A stretch of 64,000 bases of DNA from Dendrobates tinctorius (taxonomy: Eukaryota): NCBI RefSeq assembly GCF_039654945.1, contig NW_027361754.1, positions 29,264,001-29,328,000 of the forward strand. Direction: 5' to 3'. This document shows positions 62,160 to 64,000 of the stretch, piece by piece. Position 1 is the first letter of the stretch, and the number at the start of each line of letters is the position of its first letter. The notes below the pieces were generated by a model, which had not been told where the DNA came from, ran no database searches, and saw only the letters and a list, made by a program, of their open reading frames with translations. The translations under genes and the position numbers were made by a program.

Positions 62160-63788
62160 CCTAAAAAGACGTTGCACATAAGCTGTAGGCCTACGGCCAA
62201 TACGCACAAAATCGCCCAACGTGAACCCGGCCATAGGGGACGTGATGTGAGGCCCTGAATGGGTTACGTTACATAATGCGTGCAGTGCACTGCTCACTGG
62301 TCCGAGGCTGTTCCTAAAGTCTGGGCACCCCACCCGGCACCCCTCTTGACCAAAGCCCCCCCTGCCCACCCCCCCATGCCCCCCACATCCACATAAAGTA
62401 GGTGAGAGAAAGATGTGGTAGACAAGGCAACTAAGGGCTAAAACACGTGTGACGGCGATCAAGGACGGAGGCCCAGATGTTATGCGGTGTACTCTTAGAG
62501 AGGGTAATCATCAATAGGCAGGAAATGTACATTCAGTTTATAATATTTAATGAGCAATAAACATAGGGCTAAAATACATGTATAACAAAGAGTGTTTTTC
62601 CCCACATCCACATGAGTCAGTCATGACATACCTCCGCCCCACCCTGCTGTGACTTACCCCCAAGTTCGGAGAGGTGAAGAACAGGCAGTGCTGCTGCTGC
62701 TGCAACACTGTCCACCAGGCACCAGAGAGTTCTTCTTCTTCCTCCTGTGATACACGGCGTCGGCTGGGCTGTCAGTTGCCGGGCCCCGCTGTATCTATGG
62801 ACACCAATGAAGGGGAGGGAACAGAGGAGCCGCTGCAAGAGTGTGAGTGGCCAACGTCACTCTGATGCAGCCACGTGATGCCAGTTGCTGGCCAGAATGA
62901 GCGCGGACGCTGCGGAGAGAGGGGAGGAGGATCAGGTGAGTGAGCCAGCCATTCAGCACAGCGCAGCCGCCGACAATTGCCGCGACATGCGACTATTGGG
63001 GGAAGCCAAAATTGCGCTTTGGCGGCGGCTCACACATGAGATGCCGGCTGGATTGGCCCCTGGGCCCCCAAAAAACCTTGGGCCCGGGGCGACCACCCCA
63101 TCCGCCCCTATTAAGATCCGCCACTGGGTGAGACAATGACCAGCATGATTGTAAATGGCTGGTATGTGTTGCAAAGGTCCTCTGCACTGTAAACCTGAAA
63201 TAATGTTGTGCTGGGACTTGTAGTTCCATGAGTTTTGCTTAGTTTATAATAGGAGGGCTTATAGGGTTAGTCAGAGAGCTGAGCGGGATTGACTAGCCAC
63301 ACATACACCGCCCACCTATGGGGGTGGTTTCAGCTATATAATGTGACTGAGGTCAGATCACATGGTCAGAGTGTATGGACCTGAATGGTCAGTGTGTAAG
63401 GACCCGGAAGGCCTGTGTGTTGGAAGATCCTAACTTCCTGAATAGCACATGGAGAGACCTTGGACCTGAAGACCGTGTATGTGCAGAGCCTGTGACGGCT
63501 ACTACGTTGAGGAAGTTACCAACCTGCTGAGGATCTGGACTGTTGGGTGGCCTGGTGAGCAAGGCACTGTCCGGGATGGTGATCCCAGTTAGGCAGCTTC
63601 CTCGGGGACCTAGGACTGATGAGGCTTCAGGATGTGGAGCAGGAGCTCCTGGAAGGTAACCCAGAGTATGGGGGAACTGTGTGCACTGACAAAGATCAGT
63701 TAATGAACTGTGCAATCACCCATGGGAACTGGACAGAGTATGGTCCAGCATGTTTCCAGTATGTTTAGAGACCGCAAACTTAATGTTA

Positions 63789-64000
63789 CACTACCGTTCA
63801 AAATTTTGAGTTCACCCAGACAATTTTATGTTTTCTATGAAAACTCATACTTTTATTAATCAAATGAGTTGCCAAATGAATGAAAAATCAGTCCAGACAT
63901 TGACAAGGTTCGAAAAAAAGATTTTTATTTGAAATAATAATTTTCTCCTTCAATCTTTGCTTTTGTCAAAGAATGCTCCCTTTGCAGAAATTACAGCATT
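63789..64000. mobile_element. Left end of a Tc1-like element running off the window
   Basis: TA|CACTACCGTTCAAAATTTTGAGTTCACCCAGACAATTTT resembles Tc1 TIRs. Confidence 0.7.

Larger units (their letters stand above)
42719..63126 (-). mobile_element. Formerly autonomous hAT transposon inflated to 20.4 kb by nested insertions
   Basis: TIR CAGTGGCGGAT at both ends; 8-bp TSD GGTGAGAC (42711-42718, 63127-63134); transposase at 51661-54132. Confidence 0.92.
42591..63788 (+). mobile_element. LTR-like sequence split by the 20-kb hAT (pieces ~42591-42718 and 63135-63788)
   Basis: CR1 homology stops abruptly at TGTGAGGTAG; the hAT TSD links the two pieces; TATA-like CTATATAA at ~63334; the far end is not in the window. 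Confidence 0.55.

Overview
This is a vertebrate genomic window, most likely frog (inferred from the mix of T2/Kolobok MITEs, PIF/Harbinger palindromic MITEs, CR1, Neptune-type Penelope and sushi-type chromoviruses). It consists almost entirely of nested transposable elements, and no host exon could be supported. Main contents: (i) two different non-autonomous LTR elements (813-10956 minus; 26838-32852 plus) that share a tRNA-Ser primer-binding site, a pre-PPT hairpin and 4-bp TSDs, show no recognisable gag/pol, and encode a conserved ~100-aa region ending in a cold-shock-domain-like fold (49/101 identical, gap-free, by manual alignment). This is the best candidate for an undescribed system. 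(ii) A Penelope element with a hammerhead-like remnant inside one LTR of the first element; its 3' tail also sits at the same nucleotide of the other LTR. The Penelope is itself invaded by a Tc1 and a CR1 carrying a ~370-bp fold-back. (iii) A series of non-autonomous hAT elements with 8-bp TSDs carrying minisatellites, one with a ~2.8-kb internal palindrome. (iv) A 20.4-kb hAT (42719-63126) inflated by a pogo element and two near-complete self-priming chromoviral Gypsy elements, nested in an LTR that interrupts a CR1. Coordinates were read by eye and may be off by a few bases where marked approximate.
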